The notes under the pieces were generated by a model. The model was not told where the DNA came from and did no database searches. It saw nothing but the letters and a program-made list of their open reading frames with translations. DNA of 64,000 bases, taken from assembly GCF_009914755.1 (NCBI RefSeq), contig NC_060934.1, one strand, 5' to 3'. This document shows, in pieces, positions 27,790 through 44,639 of the stretch (its first letter is position 1; each line of letters starts with the position of its first letter). The position numbers were made by a program, and so were the translations under genes. This DNA comes from the human T2T-CHM13v2.0 reference genome, Homo sapiens.

Positions 27790-28448
27790 CTGCACTAATT
27801 CCTTGCTGATTTCACCTGAAATACAGACATTAATGGAGATAACATACAATTTATAAATATATCTCTAAAAAAGTATATCAAAGACAAACTCATTAAGAAG
27901 TGACATTAATTTTTCAGTTTTTATGGTTAGTTACGGTGAAAAAATCTTGAATGCCCCAAATCCTATAGCTTTTGTATGAAAGAAACATACAGATTTCCCA
28001 AAATTTGGCAATAATTCTGACAACTTACTTGCCACTGCCAACAAAGAATCATGAGGCTGAAAGAAACTTTTATAAACAATCAATAATAAGATTCAAAAAT
28101 AAAAATAAAGATCAACCATATCAGAGACAATACTAAATTATTTTTCCTTTTTTTTCTATAGAAAGATATTATAAAAGTGTATTATAGATAGGCCAAGAGA
28201 ATGTTGCAAAAAAATTTGGAAAAAAGTATTACGGAGTCGTGTCAGGCACCCAATTAATAAAAAGCGTTGCTTTTTTTTCCCGGAATTGTATATGTCTATG
28301 TATTTGTCAGCATTTAAAAACTTATAATTTGGCTTTTAAAAATCATTCTAATAAATCTTGCTTTCATACTTAACTTTTATTTAATGGATTATATTTCTTG
28401 AAGAATTTCCCCAATTGCGTAAGTTTTAGATCCCAAATCTGGATCCTG
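27790..28448 (+). mobile_element. Zaphod-like hAT transposon 3' part with degraded transposase C-terminal domain
   Basis: 27995-28141 reads FP/LAIILTTYLPLPTKNHEAERNF...RSTISETILNY across frameshifts (hAT dimerisation-domain pattern); terminus aattgcgtaag...ctggatcctg. Confidence 0.7.
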
Positions 28449-28669
28449 ATGGGTCCTAGACAGCTAGTATCTGAGGAGAGAGAACCCTCCGGTCACTGAT
28501 GTTTCTGGGAAGACATGGAAGAGTCAGCCAAAGTTGGAGGGGGGTAACTGAATCAGAGTTCAAGGTCAGCAGAAGAAAGACAGGGATGAAAGTTGGAATG
28601 AAGAGAAAGGCCTCAGGGTTTCCCTTTAATCAAGAGATTAAGTAGGGAATTGTTAATAATAAAATCATT

Positions 28670-29362
<693 letters not shown>

Positions 29363-30759
29363 TTAACTCAATGCAAAGGCACCTTCATCTGGCAGGTGTA
29401 GGGCAAGGCTAAAGTCTTCTCTCGAAGTCTGAGTCCTCTAACAGAGCTGCTTCTTTGGCTTTTTGGTGTAAACCACAATGAAGAATCCTCAACCCATAAT
29501 GCGGATTTCTCAAACGTGGAGGAATGACTTTCAAATATGGAAAATGGGAAGTAATGGAGTGCAGTATCCTTCCGGAGTATTAACTTCTTCCCTTCATATT
29601 TTTCAGTTCTCTCACCAATCTGTAATTCAACAGCTCAACAGCAGGCTGTTCTTTGATTGACTTGCTGTTAAGTTTTCCAAGGCATTCAACCTTGTTATCA
29701 TAGAAACTGCTCTTTTCTGTACTCATATTTCATCAGTTTATAGGTTATTCACAGAATTACATAATTGTTAACATAAGTGTAACTGATGGACACAGATCCG
29801 GAGGTAAACACACCTGACTCAGGTACCTGAACAACTCACTGGGCAGATGTGGGCACATGCCCTGGAGGGCTGCTCTCCAGCCTGCGTGGTCCATGGAGTA
29901 TGAGCTTTACGTGTGTTTTCCTGGGAAAAAGGAGATTATGGTTTATCTAGTAATTCATGGGTGGAACTAGGTGAAGAGAGCACCTGCCATAATGGTAAAC
30001 TGAGCAAAAGGAAAGTAGTAAAAAGAGGTGCAGAAGGAAAGATTGCTGAACCTCAGCCCACATGCAGACAATGAACGTGGTTGGAGATTCCCATTCTGCC
30101 AAACTGCCCAAGCTGTGCACTAGGTTAGTTATGAACTATTGCCATAAAATGAATTTTCTGATAAGAATATTTTCTGTAGGAATATTGAGGAGCCCACCGC
30201 CCTCCTTGGGTTCAGGTTAAGTTGGCTGCACAGCATTCATGATCCACACCAGCAACTAGCATGTTTCTCTGTGCCCCTTCCACCTCTTGTCTTGCTAGGT
30301 CTGACCTCCTAGTTTTGTATCCAAAGTAGGCAGGCAATCCTCAGAAAGGAGCGCATAGAATTTTCTGTAGTGACTCTAGGGTATTATGCTTCCCTGGCAC
30401 CTCTCCTGGTCAAAACTAGGTATGGAGGTGGCCCCAAATCTTCCTGGGTTTTGGTTTGAACATCAGCGTGTTCAGAACCCTGACTGGGCCACTTCCTCTA
30501 TCCCATATGCATGAGAGAATCACCAACAATATTTGACCTTGAACATGGAACCCTTGTGCGCCACAATGCAGCCCCTACCTACCTCGCCAGCCTCTTCCCT
30601 ACCCACCTCTCCAGCCTCGAGCCACAATGGGACACCCCTCACCCCCATTCTCCAGAAACACATATGGGTTTTAGTCTTAGTCCTACACAAACAACAAAAA
30701 AAGTCATTCCTGGATTCATGCTTCCAGGACATGCTGCCTTCTGTGAGAGGGCTGTTTTT

Positions 30760-31418
<659 letters not shown>

Positions 31419-32782
31419 TATTTTTTTCTCTTAATAAATTGTGAGTTTCTCAAGGGTGGAGACTGTTCCTCTATCTTCCATATCCAGGGCACATTGTAAA
31501 AAATATTCAGATTAGGCCACTTATTTAGAAATTCATGGAAATGTTGATTGGGACACAATCAACCCTTTGAAGATATCTTCCAAAGGAAATCTTTGTTGAA
31601 TTTGGCAAGTGGTTTAATTCAAGAAAGATATGTTGAAATTTTAGTTTTTAAAAAGCTTACATATAAAAAACAAGTTTTAAAAAACACAAGATATATAAGA
31701 AACAAAATTTAAAAACAAGTTTGCCCCAATTGATCTTGGTCTCAGATACCCAGAAACAATGTAGTCCTGTAAGGTCTTCCACATGCTCTAAAGATGTCCA
31801 GAAAATTCTGTCAGTGGGATCTTTGCAAGAAAAGGTATACGAGTCAAGGTGGAGCCCGATCCTTCTGCCTCATCGTCACTGTAATGAGAGGGAGAGCAGT
31901 GGAACCTATTCAGGGTCTACCAGGAGGCAGCACTCTCTTCCCTGGAAGCCTCTGAGACTGTCAACCTTCCAAGAAGGTGACTCTGGAGGGACAGGGTAGG
32001 ATTATGTCATATTCCTGGAATAGTGTAGCAAAAGTCCCCCTGTTTATGCACTCTGCTGAGATTCAGGTCTCTGCTGGCACAGGACAGAATGTTCCAGCAC
32101 AGGATAACTATGTTACAGTGCCAGTTATGAAAGCAGGGGAGTGTCTTGTGTTGGGGGCAGAGCAGTCTTTGACTGCCACGCTAGGTAAAAGGCCACCACG
32201 AAAGCCTTCTTATTTAGTCTGAGCTTCCACAATTCCAGGCTCTTGCCAGTCTCAGGATTTTTCTCGTGAATGAACCAGGAAGGTCCAAGGTAGGGTGAGC
32301 AAGGCAAGCTAGCCAGGGATAGGAGCAGGGCTAGTTTGTAGTGCAGGCTGCCCTGCTGAGGGGAGCAGCCTCATATGAGTCCAGGAGGCAGTCAGCATGA
32401 TTCACCGAGCCTGTTGGAGGCTAGTGACTTGAGCTGGTGTTTCATAAGGCTCTGCATGGGCAGTTTTCCCTCCCGGATTCCTCTCCATGCAGCTGCAGAC
32501 TGAGGAAAATCAAAGCCACAGCTTCTGCTGGGATTTGCATGGGAAAGTTTCCCCCTTCCCTGGGAATGTCCCTTCAGTTCTCTACACCCCGTGGCTTCGA
32601 CTATGTTCCACAAACACTGAGCCAACAGCTTGCCAGAACCCCAGGGTCAGCGCCTGTGGAAACTGTCACCCACCTGCAGCTGCAAGTCTTGGGATATGCG
32701 TGAGACCTCAGACAGCAGTCTGCCTGCTGGGTGGAGGTCGGGGGTCCAGGCCAGGATGGGCTGACTGGCAAACATTCCCAGG

Positions 32783-32887
32783 TAGGGTGACCAACTCATC
32801 CTGGTTGTCCCAAGACTTTACTGCCTTTAGCACTAAAAGAATCATATCAAAGGAAATTCCTCAGTCCTAGACAGAAGAGGACACCCT
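32783..32887. mobile_element. MER81-like hAT-Blackjack MITE
   Basis: tagggtgaccaactcatcctgg ... ctcagtcc...gacaccct. Confidence 0.65.
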
Positions 32888-33037
32888 GTCCCCTGACTCT
32901 CTAATCCCCGGCAGTGGTGTGCCTGCTGACCTGCCCAAATAGTTGTACTTATCCTGAGCTGCTGATTCACCTTGTGGACAGGGTGGCTCAATGCAACTGA
33001 TGGCACTTTCCTCTTTGGCTGGCTCCTAGAAAATTCA

Positions 33038-33461
<424 letters not shown>

Positions 33462-33779
33462 GGCTGCTGGAAATTTCAGAGCCTATTTGTACCTCTCCCT
33501 AACGAATTATATAGGAATGAGTAGGTGCAATTTGTGTGTTAATCTTTCTTTTAGCCAATCCATCTCTCCTTAGCATCTATTTGTCTTCTTTTAATACTTA
33601 CTATAAAACACACCTTCTCTTACATCATTGGCCGTAGCTTTGTAACCATTTCAAATTATATTTCAAAGACCTACAAATTGTTAGGCCCCTCTCAAACCTC
33701 CTGCAGGGAAATCTTTCCTATCTGCCCAAGACCCTTCTTTGAGTGTGTCTGGCCTTGGCCAGGAGGCACCATTGTAACA

Positions 33780-34340
33780 AAATAGACCTGATCATGCACT
33801 TGGGGAAAAATCACTAATCCTTAGTGTCTGCTGTTATGAACAGAGGTATTTTTAAAAACGTTAGAAACATGTATAGGCCTTTGCTGAAATTACGATCAAA
33901 TTCTGTACCTGCTTAACAATTTGTTCCATCACAGTGTAATGGCGAGCGTGCGCCTGGCTGCTCCCCCAAATGATCGCGGTTGGGTTTTCTGTACAGTTTT
34001 CTCTCCAGTCGAAAGATAATTGCTTTCCACACATAGGAAAATCTAAGCATAGAACCAGGTGTTCAGGTAGCTTGGGCTGAGCCAAATGAAACCAGCCACA
34101 GGCAGGCTCTGTGAAAACAAGATTTAGCTTGCATGACAGCTACTGTTTCACTGGCTTTGATGAGGTGTGAGCGATGTGTATTTCACAGGCCACAATACGG
34201 CTTCGAGAGGGAGCCTGAACTTCAGTGTCTACTTCCAGTTCTTTGCCCTTGGCTGTTTTGATTTTCAGTCTGAGAGGTACTCCTGGGCTAATTCACTTTT
34301 TTCTCTGGCACTCGTAGAAAGAATCCAGGCACTATTCGGC
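33780..34340. promoter_or_regulatory. Candidate developmental enhancer
   Basis: Repeat-free, locally raised CpG; TAATCC 33815, AACAAT 33915, AGATAA 34014, TGACAG 34134, CTTTGAT 34155 abutting AGGTGTGA 34163. Confidence 0.45.
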
Positions 34341-34998
34341 ACAGTAATTTGAACATTTTTCATTTAGGAGGATCTGGCCATGGGACCAAATCCTGGGACC
34401 AGTGAGTCTTGGAAAAATCACTTAGAAAATGTATCCAAGGCCTGTTTGCTAAAATCATTCCCTCTTTTCATTTATCTTTGCAGACATTTCGCTTCCTGTC
34501 TCATAACAAATTCAAATAACAAATTCAACTTTAGGTCTGAAAAAATGTGAGCTGTGACCACAATATATTGTTATCTGAATTGTCCAGATGGTCCAGGAAA
34601 AAAAAAATTGAAGCTTATTTGATTGATTTCTCTAACTTCCCAGACAGATTATGATTCATTGGGAAAATGTTCCCTGTGGTTTTCTAGAGTATTTTCAAGC
34701 AATAGCCGTGCCGAAGGAGCTTCAGGGTATGAAGACTAGTTTCTAAATGATACATAATAAACCCTGTTGCTTGGCAAAGTTTTCATTTTGAAATCTGAAA
34801 CCTTTACCATCTCCAAGTTTCAGGATAGCAAAAGAATCTCAACTGATTTCACCAAAATCAATTCCTGACCTTTGACCTTTATTACAAACTGTAGCATGAA
34901 GTCTTTGCCCCACTCAAAAGCATACAATTTTTTTTCATGAATCATTGTGGTTCGTTCAGAAAAACTTGGCCAAGCCATGAGGTTTATGTCCAGTTTAG

Positions 34999-35336
<338 letters not shown>

Positions 35337-36117
35337 TGGTTTTGATTTCTTGAGAAATCCCTGTAACGGCACCTTGAAACCCCACCAAGCCATTGTGAGG
35401 AGCATTTAAGCCAAACCAAGATCCCTGTTTAGGGTTTGATGTTGGATTCTCCTGGCAATGTGGGTCTTGTCTACAATACAGTTGGTGCACACTCCCATAA
35501 CCCACAGCAGCACCCGGCTGGATGAAAAATGACTCTATCCAAATGATGGGATGTGTTCTTTCCCAACAGAGGCCCACACGGCTCTGTGAGCCTTCTTCAG
35601 GGAAGCTCTGTAGTGCCTGAGCTGTCATCCTAGCCCCATGAGAGAAAGGACAGGGAAGGGGGTTCCACAGCCTATGCAGAACTTCAGGGGAGGGGTGGTG
35701 GCCAGGAATGTTCACCTCTTCCCACAGGCCTTTATAGATGTCAGGACATGTCTAGACAGAATCAATAATTAGATTTATCTGGGTAGGAGGCGGTACTTTT
35801 GCACGCATACACACACACACACTTTTTTGGGAGGCTGAGTAGGGGAGAGAGGAATGAAACACAGTATTATTCTTGCAGATACAGAGCTATAATGATGGCG
35901 TTGGAATAGCTGGCAGTGGGAGAATAATCTGTGAAACTGAAAGGAGCTGTTCCTCACTTTTTGTTTCCCCCTTTTTTTCTTTTATTGATATGTAATATTT
36001 GACATGTTTCTGGGGTACATGTGTGTTACCTACTTCTAAGGTTAGACAGAGTCTTGATAGCTCAGGATTTTTTTTAAGCTAGGTGTATGGTTGATTTTAA
36101 TGGTAATATTTCATTTG

Positions 36118-36265
36118 CAACTCAAAGGATAAATGCTTGAGGGGATGGGTACCCAATTCTCCATGATGTGCTTATTTCACATTGCATGCCTGTATCCAAA
36201 CATCTCAGGTGTCCCATAAATATATACACCTACTGTGTACTCACAAACATTAAAAATAAAAAAAA
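36118..36265 (+). mobile_element. L1 3' end (L1MA/L1PB-like)
   Basis: aaaggataaatgcttgaggggatgggtaccc...cccataaatatatacacctact...A-tail. Confidence 0.85.
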
Positions 36266-37186
36266 TTCACTACTTCTTAATACTATATCTAAAATCTTAG
36301 CACCTCCCCAAATGCTTTCTAATTGATCGCCAGGCTATGCAATCGTTATAGTTTCCATCCCTGAGGGTTAAGTAGGATCATGACTCCCATCATAGGGATA
36401 AGTAACCTAAGGTTCCGTGGATTTTGTTTGTTTTCTAGAGCAGGGAGCTCTATTCTTTTAGGCTTTATCCACTTGCAATTTCTTCAGCATTTGTCCTGCT
36501 TGTCATAGGGTTTAATTTCCTCTTCTTTTCCTCCTTTCTCTTAGACATGTGGGCTTAAAGCCATCCCTCACTGAGCCCTGCTAGCAGATGAATATATCGG
36601 AAGGTGATGAGTACGAAGGAGCTTGGCTGCCAGCCAGGCGGTGTCGGAAAAGGATGGGAATTATGTTGTTGTGAACCTAAAGCTGCTCCAGGAAAGTCTA
36701 TCGAAAAGTTAAAAACATTTAAATAAACAAATAAAAGGATGAGAATGTTGAAATGCTAAAAGATCAGTGGTGTGTGGGATTCTTCGAGCCCTGCAGTTTC
36801 AACACATTTGAGGTGGAAGGGCCAAGATCGGCCTGCCATAGCCCTTTGTTTAGAGGATGTTCAGCCAGTGGTGACTCCACAGGCCTGCAGCCTAAAAGCC
36901 CAGGGGCAGATGCAAAGGCAGTCTAGACCAAAGCGTTGTCCCATGCCCGCACAGGTGCGGACAAGTCCAGGAACTCGCCAGCTGTTGCAGCTCTCTCAGA
37001 ACAAATACAGCCATAACCACTGGAGGGCCAGCAGGCAGCCTCAGCCTGCAGAGAGGTGGGCTCTGTCACTCCAGCCTCCTTGTCTCTCCTCCAGTTTGAT
37101 AGAAGCCCCACCCCCGGTCTAATATTACAATCCATATAGCTTGTGTCACCAGCTTACCTATTTCCAGTAAAAACCAGGTAGCAAAT

Positions 37187-37368
37187 CTAGGCTCAGTAGT
37201 GTGTGCCTGCAGTCCCAGCTACTCAGCAGGCTGAGGCAGGAGGATCACTTGAGGCCAGGAGTTTAAGGCTGTAGTATTCACGATGATGCCTGTGAATAGC
37301 CACTGCACTCCAGCCAGGGTGACACAGCGAGACCTGTCAAAAAAAAAAAAAAAAAGCAAAAACAAACC
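37187..37368 (+). mobile_element. FAM (fossil Alu monomer)
   Basis: Single monomer with diagnostic gcctgtgaatagccactgcac; TSD aaaaac(c)aggta(g/a)caaat. Confidence 0.88.
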
Positions 37369-37562
37369 AAAAACAGGTAACAAATAGAAAATTTGTCACA
37401 ATCTCTTTCAGGACAGTCAACATTATAACATTATGATTAATATTTCTAAAGGGGACAGACAAATGCTGGTTGTCTCTGTCTGTGAAGAAGTGTATGTTAT
37501 ATTCAGTGGTATGTGTATTCAGTCACATATATTCAAGGTGGCTGAACTTCACAGAACCCAAC

Positions 37563-38298
<736 letters not shown>

Positions 38299-38413
38299 CC
38301 TATTAATATCCCCACTCCCACCCCGGGTGGCCGGGATCCCAAACAGCAAAAGAAGAGTTTTAAAAGTTGGGGAGCATAAGCAGAACTGAGGGATTCATCT
38401 TGTTTTGGAATAG

Positions 38414-38683
<270 letters not shown>

Positions 38684-39169
38684 TGATGAAAGTTTGTCTT
38701 CAGTACCACAGATTTGGTGACCTTCAGTTTTGTAAAGCAACTGTCTTCAAACACCCTGGCCTACACCTTAAAAGTATTTTGAAAAATTACATTCCCCCTT
38801 GCACATTTCTAAGTTGACATTTAAATCCTTTTCTTCAAATATTTAAATAACTAAAAAAGATAGAATTTCCAGCAAAATGTAAACACTGGCATTTAAAAAA
38901 ATGACTTCATTACTCTTTAAAATATATCTGATGGAATATAAACACAAGGGTGATTTGATACTCTCACTACCATCTATTTAAAAACCATTAATATTCTCTT
39001 CTTTAGCTGTTGGCAATTTAATATCTTTATATTGTATTTCCACTCCTCTTTCACACTGAATTTTATTCCAAGAAAATATAATTTTATAAATTAAAATTTG
39101 TATTAATTGCCCATCCTACTTCCTTGTCACAGAAGTATGTATAAATATGGACATTTAAGAAATTATTTT

Positions 39170-39503
<334 letters not shown>

Positions 39504-39549
39504 TTATGATTTTAATATTAATCTACATTTTGATTAAAAATACATTAAA

Positions 39550-39853
39550 GGCTATGCACAATGGCTCATATCTGTAATCCCAGCACTTTTGGAGGCTGAG
39601 GTGGGAGGATCACTTGAGCCCAGGAGTTCCAGACAAGCCTGGGCAACATAGTGAGACCCCATCTCTATAAAAATTGTTTTAAAAATTAGTTGGGCATGGT
39701 GGTATATGCCTGTGCCTGTAGTCCCAGCTACTCGGGAGGCTGAGGTGGGAAGTTTGCTTGAGCCCAGGAGGTCAAGACCACAGTAAACCATGATTGTGCC
39801 GTTGCACTCCAGCCTAGGCAACAGAGCAAGACTGGGTCTCAAAAGAAGCAAAA
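39550..39853 (+). mobile_element. Alu (AluJ-like)
   Basis: ggaggatcacttgagcccagg, gggcaacatagtgagacc; TSD atacattaaa. Confidence 0.94.
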
Positions 39854-40004
39854 CTATACATTAAATAAATTTTAATTAAAATAATTACTAAAACATCATT
39901 GGAAATGTACCCTGATAAGATGGCTAGGAGTGTCTCGGTGCCTTCATGAAAGGACATCTTGCTGATGCCAGTATTTCTAGTGATCCCTTTCTTTGGTAAC
40001 CCAG

Positions 40005-40840
40005 GGTGGCAGATAGACTCTAAGATTGTCCCAAATTATTCCCGCCTCCTGGTGTCCATGGGCTTGTAGAGTCCCCTGCCAAAGTGTGGTTGGAACTGTA
40101 ACTTGCTTCTAGTTAACAGAAACAGCAAGGGTGGGTACAAAAATACAGTTAGATAGAAGAAATAAGAGCTGGTGTTTGATAGATCAGTAGAGTGACCATA
40201 GTTAATAATAATCTATTATATATTTCACAATAGCTAAAAAAGAATAATTCAAATGTTCCTAGCACAAAGAAAGGATAAATGTTTAAGATGATGGATACCC
40301 CAATTACTTGGATTTGACCATTACACATTATAGGAATGTATCAAAATATCACACTTACCCCAAAATATGTGCATCTATTACGTATCAATAAAAATAAATA
40401 AATACATACATACATAAATAAAGGGGGGAATCAGAATACATCAAGGGTGTGTGATGAATGTTATGTCTGTGATTATGCAACAGGAGATGGGACTTTCCAT
40501 CTTTCTAGCAGGCTTTCTCGACTCTCTCCCTTATTGACTTTGTTGATGTAAGCCTCCATGTGGTAAAGCCCTTGTGGCGGGAACTCAGGGCAGCCTCCGG
40601 CAACAGCCAGCAGGGAGCTGGGACTCAACAACCTGCCAGGAAGTGAATCCTGCCCAAACCACATGAGCTTGGAAGTAGATTGTTCCCCAGTGGAGCCTCA
40701 GATGAGACCCCAGCCTGGCAGACACATTGAATGCAGCCTCTTATGAGGTCCTGAAGCAGAGGACTCAGCTAAGTTAGGCCTGGACCTCTGACCAACAGAA
40801 ACCATGAGAGAGTAAATATGGGTTGTGTTAAGCCACTAAA
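40005..40840 (+). mobile_element. MLT1E/F-like MaLR LTR interrupted by L1
   Basis: ggtggcagatagactctaagat ... cagaaaccatgagagagtaaat...gttaagccactaa. Confidence 0.8.
40134..40422 (+). mobile_element. L1MA 3' end
   Basis: ggtacaaaaatacagttagatagaagaaataag...tatcaataaaaata; degenerate TSD ending caagggtg on both sides. Confidence 0.88.
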
Positions 40841-41040
40841 TCACCCACTTAACACACTGGGGTCAATGCACTAGAGGTTAGCACTATAGCAGTAGTTGGG
40901 ATGGGGGAAGGGTCTGACCTTCCCCTATAAAGTGGGAGAAGACTGTGAAGGGGAGGTATTTTCATAATGTTTCCATCACGAATGTTTTGTTCCAAATATC
41001 TCAGAAAGCAGTACATTCCAAGATTAAGAATCTGGAAATT

Positions 41041-41328
41041 GCCAGGTGCGGTGGCTCACGCCTGTAATCCTAGAAATTTGGGAGGCCGAGGCGGGTGGAT
41101 CACGAGGTCAGGAGTTCAAGAACAGCCTGGCCAACATAGTGAAACCCTGTCTCTACTAAAAATATAAAAAATTAGCCTGGCGTGGTGGTGGGAGCCTGTA
41201 GTCCCAGCTACTCAGGAGGCTGAGGCAGGAGAATGTCTTGAATCTGGGAGGCAGAGGTTGCAGTGTGCCGAGATCGCACCACTGCACACCAGCCAGGGCA
41301 ATAGTGTGAGACTCCGTCTAAAAAAAAA
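41041..41328 (+). mobile_element. Alu (AluSg-like)
   Basis: ggatcacgaggtcaggagttc; TSD aagaatctggaaatt at 41026-41040 and 41329-41343. Confidence 0.96.
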
Positions 41329-41844
41329 AAGAATCTGGAAATTGATGCTCTTAAATCTGTAGTGCCCAAGTGCCCCTTGGGAAGTTTCTTAAACCCCAGA
41401 GGTTGGTGTGGCCCAGTTTGAAGACGGTTGTAAAGCTTGAGCCATTATGATTCCTCCTCCCATACTGGGGGAGGAGTGGCCGTACTCAATGACCAAAGGG
41501 GTGTGCACAATGTGCCCCTGACCCTGTGCTCCAGTCCTGCCTCTGCTTGCAGGGGTTCAGCCCTCTTCCACGTCATCTGGTCAAATTCCATTCCAACGGG
41601 ACAGGGCCTTATCAAACATCTACTGTGGTTTATACACTAACCCAGGCATTGGAAAAAAGGACAATGGTGATTGTGAAAGGGAGTGGCCCATAGGAGACAT
41701 TTTGTTCTGGGAAGTCTTCTCAGATAACCACACTACGACCATCCTTTGCCCCGTCTTCTCTAAACTCCTGAAATGCAGGCTGTGTGCCACACACCTTGGA
41801 ACATGGCCACGCATGGACTCACATGGCTTACTCTAGTTGTCTAA

Positions 41845-42175
<331 letters not shown>

Positions 42176-44032
42176 CATATCTTAAACAAGCAAACAAAAG
42201 ATTTTCAATTTGAAAACAGTTACAAAATAATAGTTTAAGTAACTTTTAGTAATATAGTCGTTTATATTTATTATAGAACATTATTAAAATGAGGATAAAC
42301 CAAAAATAGAGACAAAGAAAGAAGAAAAGAAATCATCTAGAATTCTTCTATCCAAATACAATCATTGTTAGCATTTTGGTGTCCCTCTTTAGAGGCTGAA
42401 ATAGTCCCATCTTACGCTTTTGGTCTCCCTCACAGCATCTCACACAGGCCTGAGGCTTGGAAGACACTCAGTGGCTGACTGCTTTAATGAAGGCTCTGCT
42501 GCCAGCCTGCTCACCACGGTTCCTGTTTTTCACCCTATGCAGAAAGTGCAGTATATTGTAGCAGCGAAACCTCTTTTCTCCAGTCTGCCTTTATTAGGGC
42601 TCCATTCACTCCTCCTCTTGGGCTTCCTGCCTTCCCTGTCTCACAGCTTCGGGGAAAGGGCCCACTGAAAACTCCCCCTAGCACAGAACAGGGCAAGGCC
42701 TGCCATCCCTTCCAGCAGATATTAAGACTGGAAATGCGCAGGCGCTTAGGTTTGATCTACACGCGAATACCTGGGCTTGTTGAATAATAGGAAAATATTT
42801 TGTTCAAATTGGAAACTTCTCTTTTGAATGCCTGGGAACCTCTGGGATGACACTGCAGGAGTTGTATCCTAGGGACCGATTGCTCTTCATCTTTGCCACA
42901 CCTGGGCCCCTTTGTTCCCACCTCTGATGCTAAGACCTGCCCTCTCTTGTTGCCTTATTTGCCTGGCCCTTTTAGTCTCATCACTCTCAGGGAAGGCTGG
43001 TATTGTTGCTTGGTGTCCTGCCAGGGTCACAGTCCCCTAGGGAGGCCAGGGTCAGGCAGGGTTCAGCCACTCTGAAAGCCGCAGGGCAATGGCCCATGGC
43101 AGCCTGGCAGGGGCCCAAGACCTGGTCTCAGGGGAATGTCTCCTGCCTTCAGCCTTTCAAAAAGGAAAATTCTCTCTCACTTTGTGAAAAACAGTTGTCA
43201 AAACCAGTTGGTGGTATTTGCCAACTAATTCCTCGGGCTCAGTAATCCATCTTGCAGGAGGTGAACACAGCCCAAGGTATTTGCAAGGGGAAAAGATCAG
43301 TGAAAGAACGAGCACTCTTTGATTGTGCAACCCACACAGTTTGGATGGCTTTTGAGTCCTTTCTGGAAGCACCCTAGAGACAATTCTTAGAAGCAGCACA
43401 CTCAAATAAGGGATTTAGACTTTTGCCAGTGACATCGTCTGCCTAGGTGCTTTTAGTATAAAATGAGCTGTGCATTTGGACACAACTTTTTCTCAGTAAA
43501 CACATGGAAATGAAGAAGGCGAAATAGTATTGAGAGCAAAGGAAAAGGTGATGGTTATTCTAGACTCAATAAAGACATGCACAAATGTTTACTGAGCAGC
43601 TACTATGTGCTAAGCCTTGCTTAGATTACACCTTGGGAGGAAAAAGGAGACAGATAAGACCATCTCTGGCTATCATAATATTCATGTTGTCATATCAGAA
43701 AGAATGCATTCACATTTTATGATGCGGTTACACAATTCACTCAAAAAGCCTAAGATTCTGCTTTCTAGCCTGATGCCACAGCACCTGCCTGCCTGTCAGA
43801 CCATGCGGGCTCCACCCATTCTGCTTCGCTTCCCTCTCAGCACCTCTGTGCTCTCACTGGGGCCTCCCCAAAGCCTCTTTTCTCAGCACTTTGGGGCCCC
43901 AGTCCTCCCCATCTTGCTTCGACCTTGTGGTGTTGGAAAGGGGCCCTGGATTTAAAAGATTCAGATTAGAATTCCGTATGCATCACATGTTTCTTGTGTG
44001 TCTCCACACAACTTGAATTCTCCGACTCTCAG

Positions 44033-44395
44033 TGCTATAGACTGAATGTTTGTGTTTCCTCAAAATTCATATGTTGAATCCTACCCCACAGTATGATGGT
44101 ATTTGGAGGTGGGACCTGGGGGAGGTGATTAGGTCATGTGGGTGGGGCCTTCATGAATGGGTTTAGTGCCCTTATAAAAGTGGCCCCAGAGTACTCCCTG
44201 GCCCCTTCTGCCATGTGAAGATACAGCAAGAAAACGGCTGTCTATCAACCAGGAAGAGGCCCTCACCAGAATCCGCCACACTGACACCCTGATCTCAGGA
44301 TTCCAGCCTCCAGAACTGCGAGAAATAAATTTCTGTTGTTAATAAGCCACCTAGTCTATGACATTCCATTATAGCCTCCCTGGCAGATGAAGACG
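44033..44395 (+). mobile_element. MLT1A0-like MaLR LTR inserted in a MIR
   Basis: tgctatagactgaatgtttgtg...; perfect TSD ctcag at 44028-44032 and 44396-44400. Confidence 0.9.
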
Positions 44396-44639
44396 CTCAG
44401 TCTCCCAGTTTGTCAAACAAGGTCTGTACTATCGGCTTGCTGGGGTAGTTAAGTCAGGATTCACCAGCAATGTGTCTGGCCTGGGTACCCCATCAACCGT
44501 GAGTTCCTTCCCTCTTCTCTAGTGTTCAAGGCCCCTGTATAGAATAGAATGCTCTCCTCCTTCTCATTCAGAGGGTTTGGGATATGGGAAGGATCCCTTA
44601 CCTGATGATGACTTTAACCAACAAAAGCGAAGTCATCAT

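Noticed and set aside
34071-34085. NFI-like ttgggctgagccaa
   Set aside because: Half-site spacing is one base short of TTGGC-N5-GCCAA; only a half-site.
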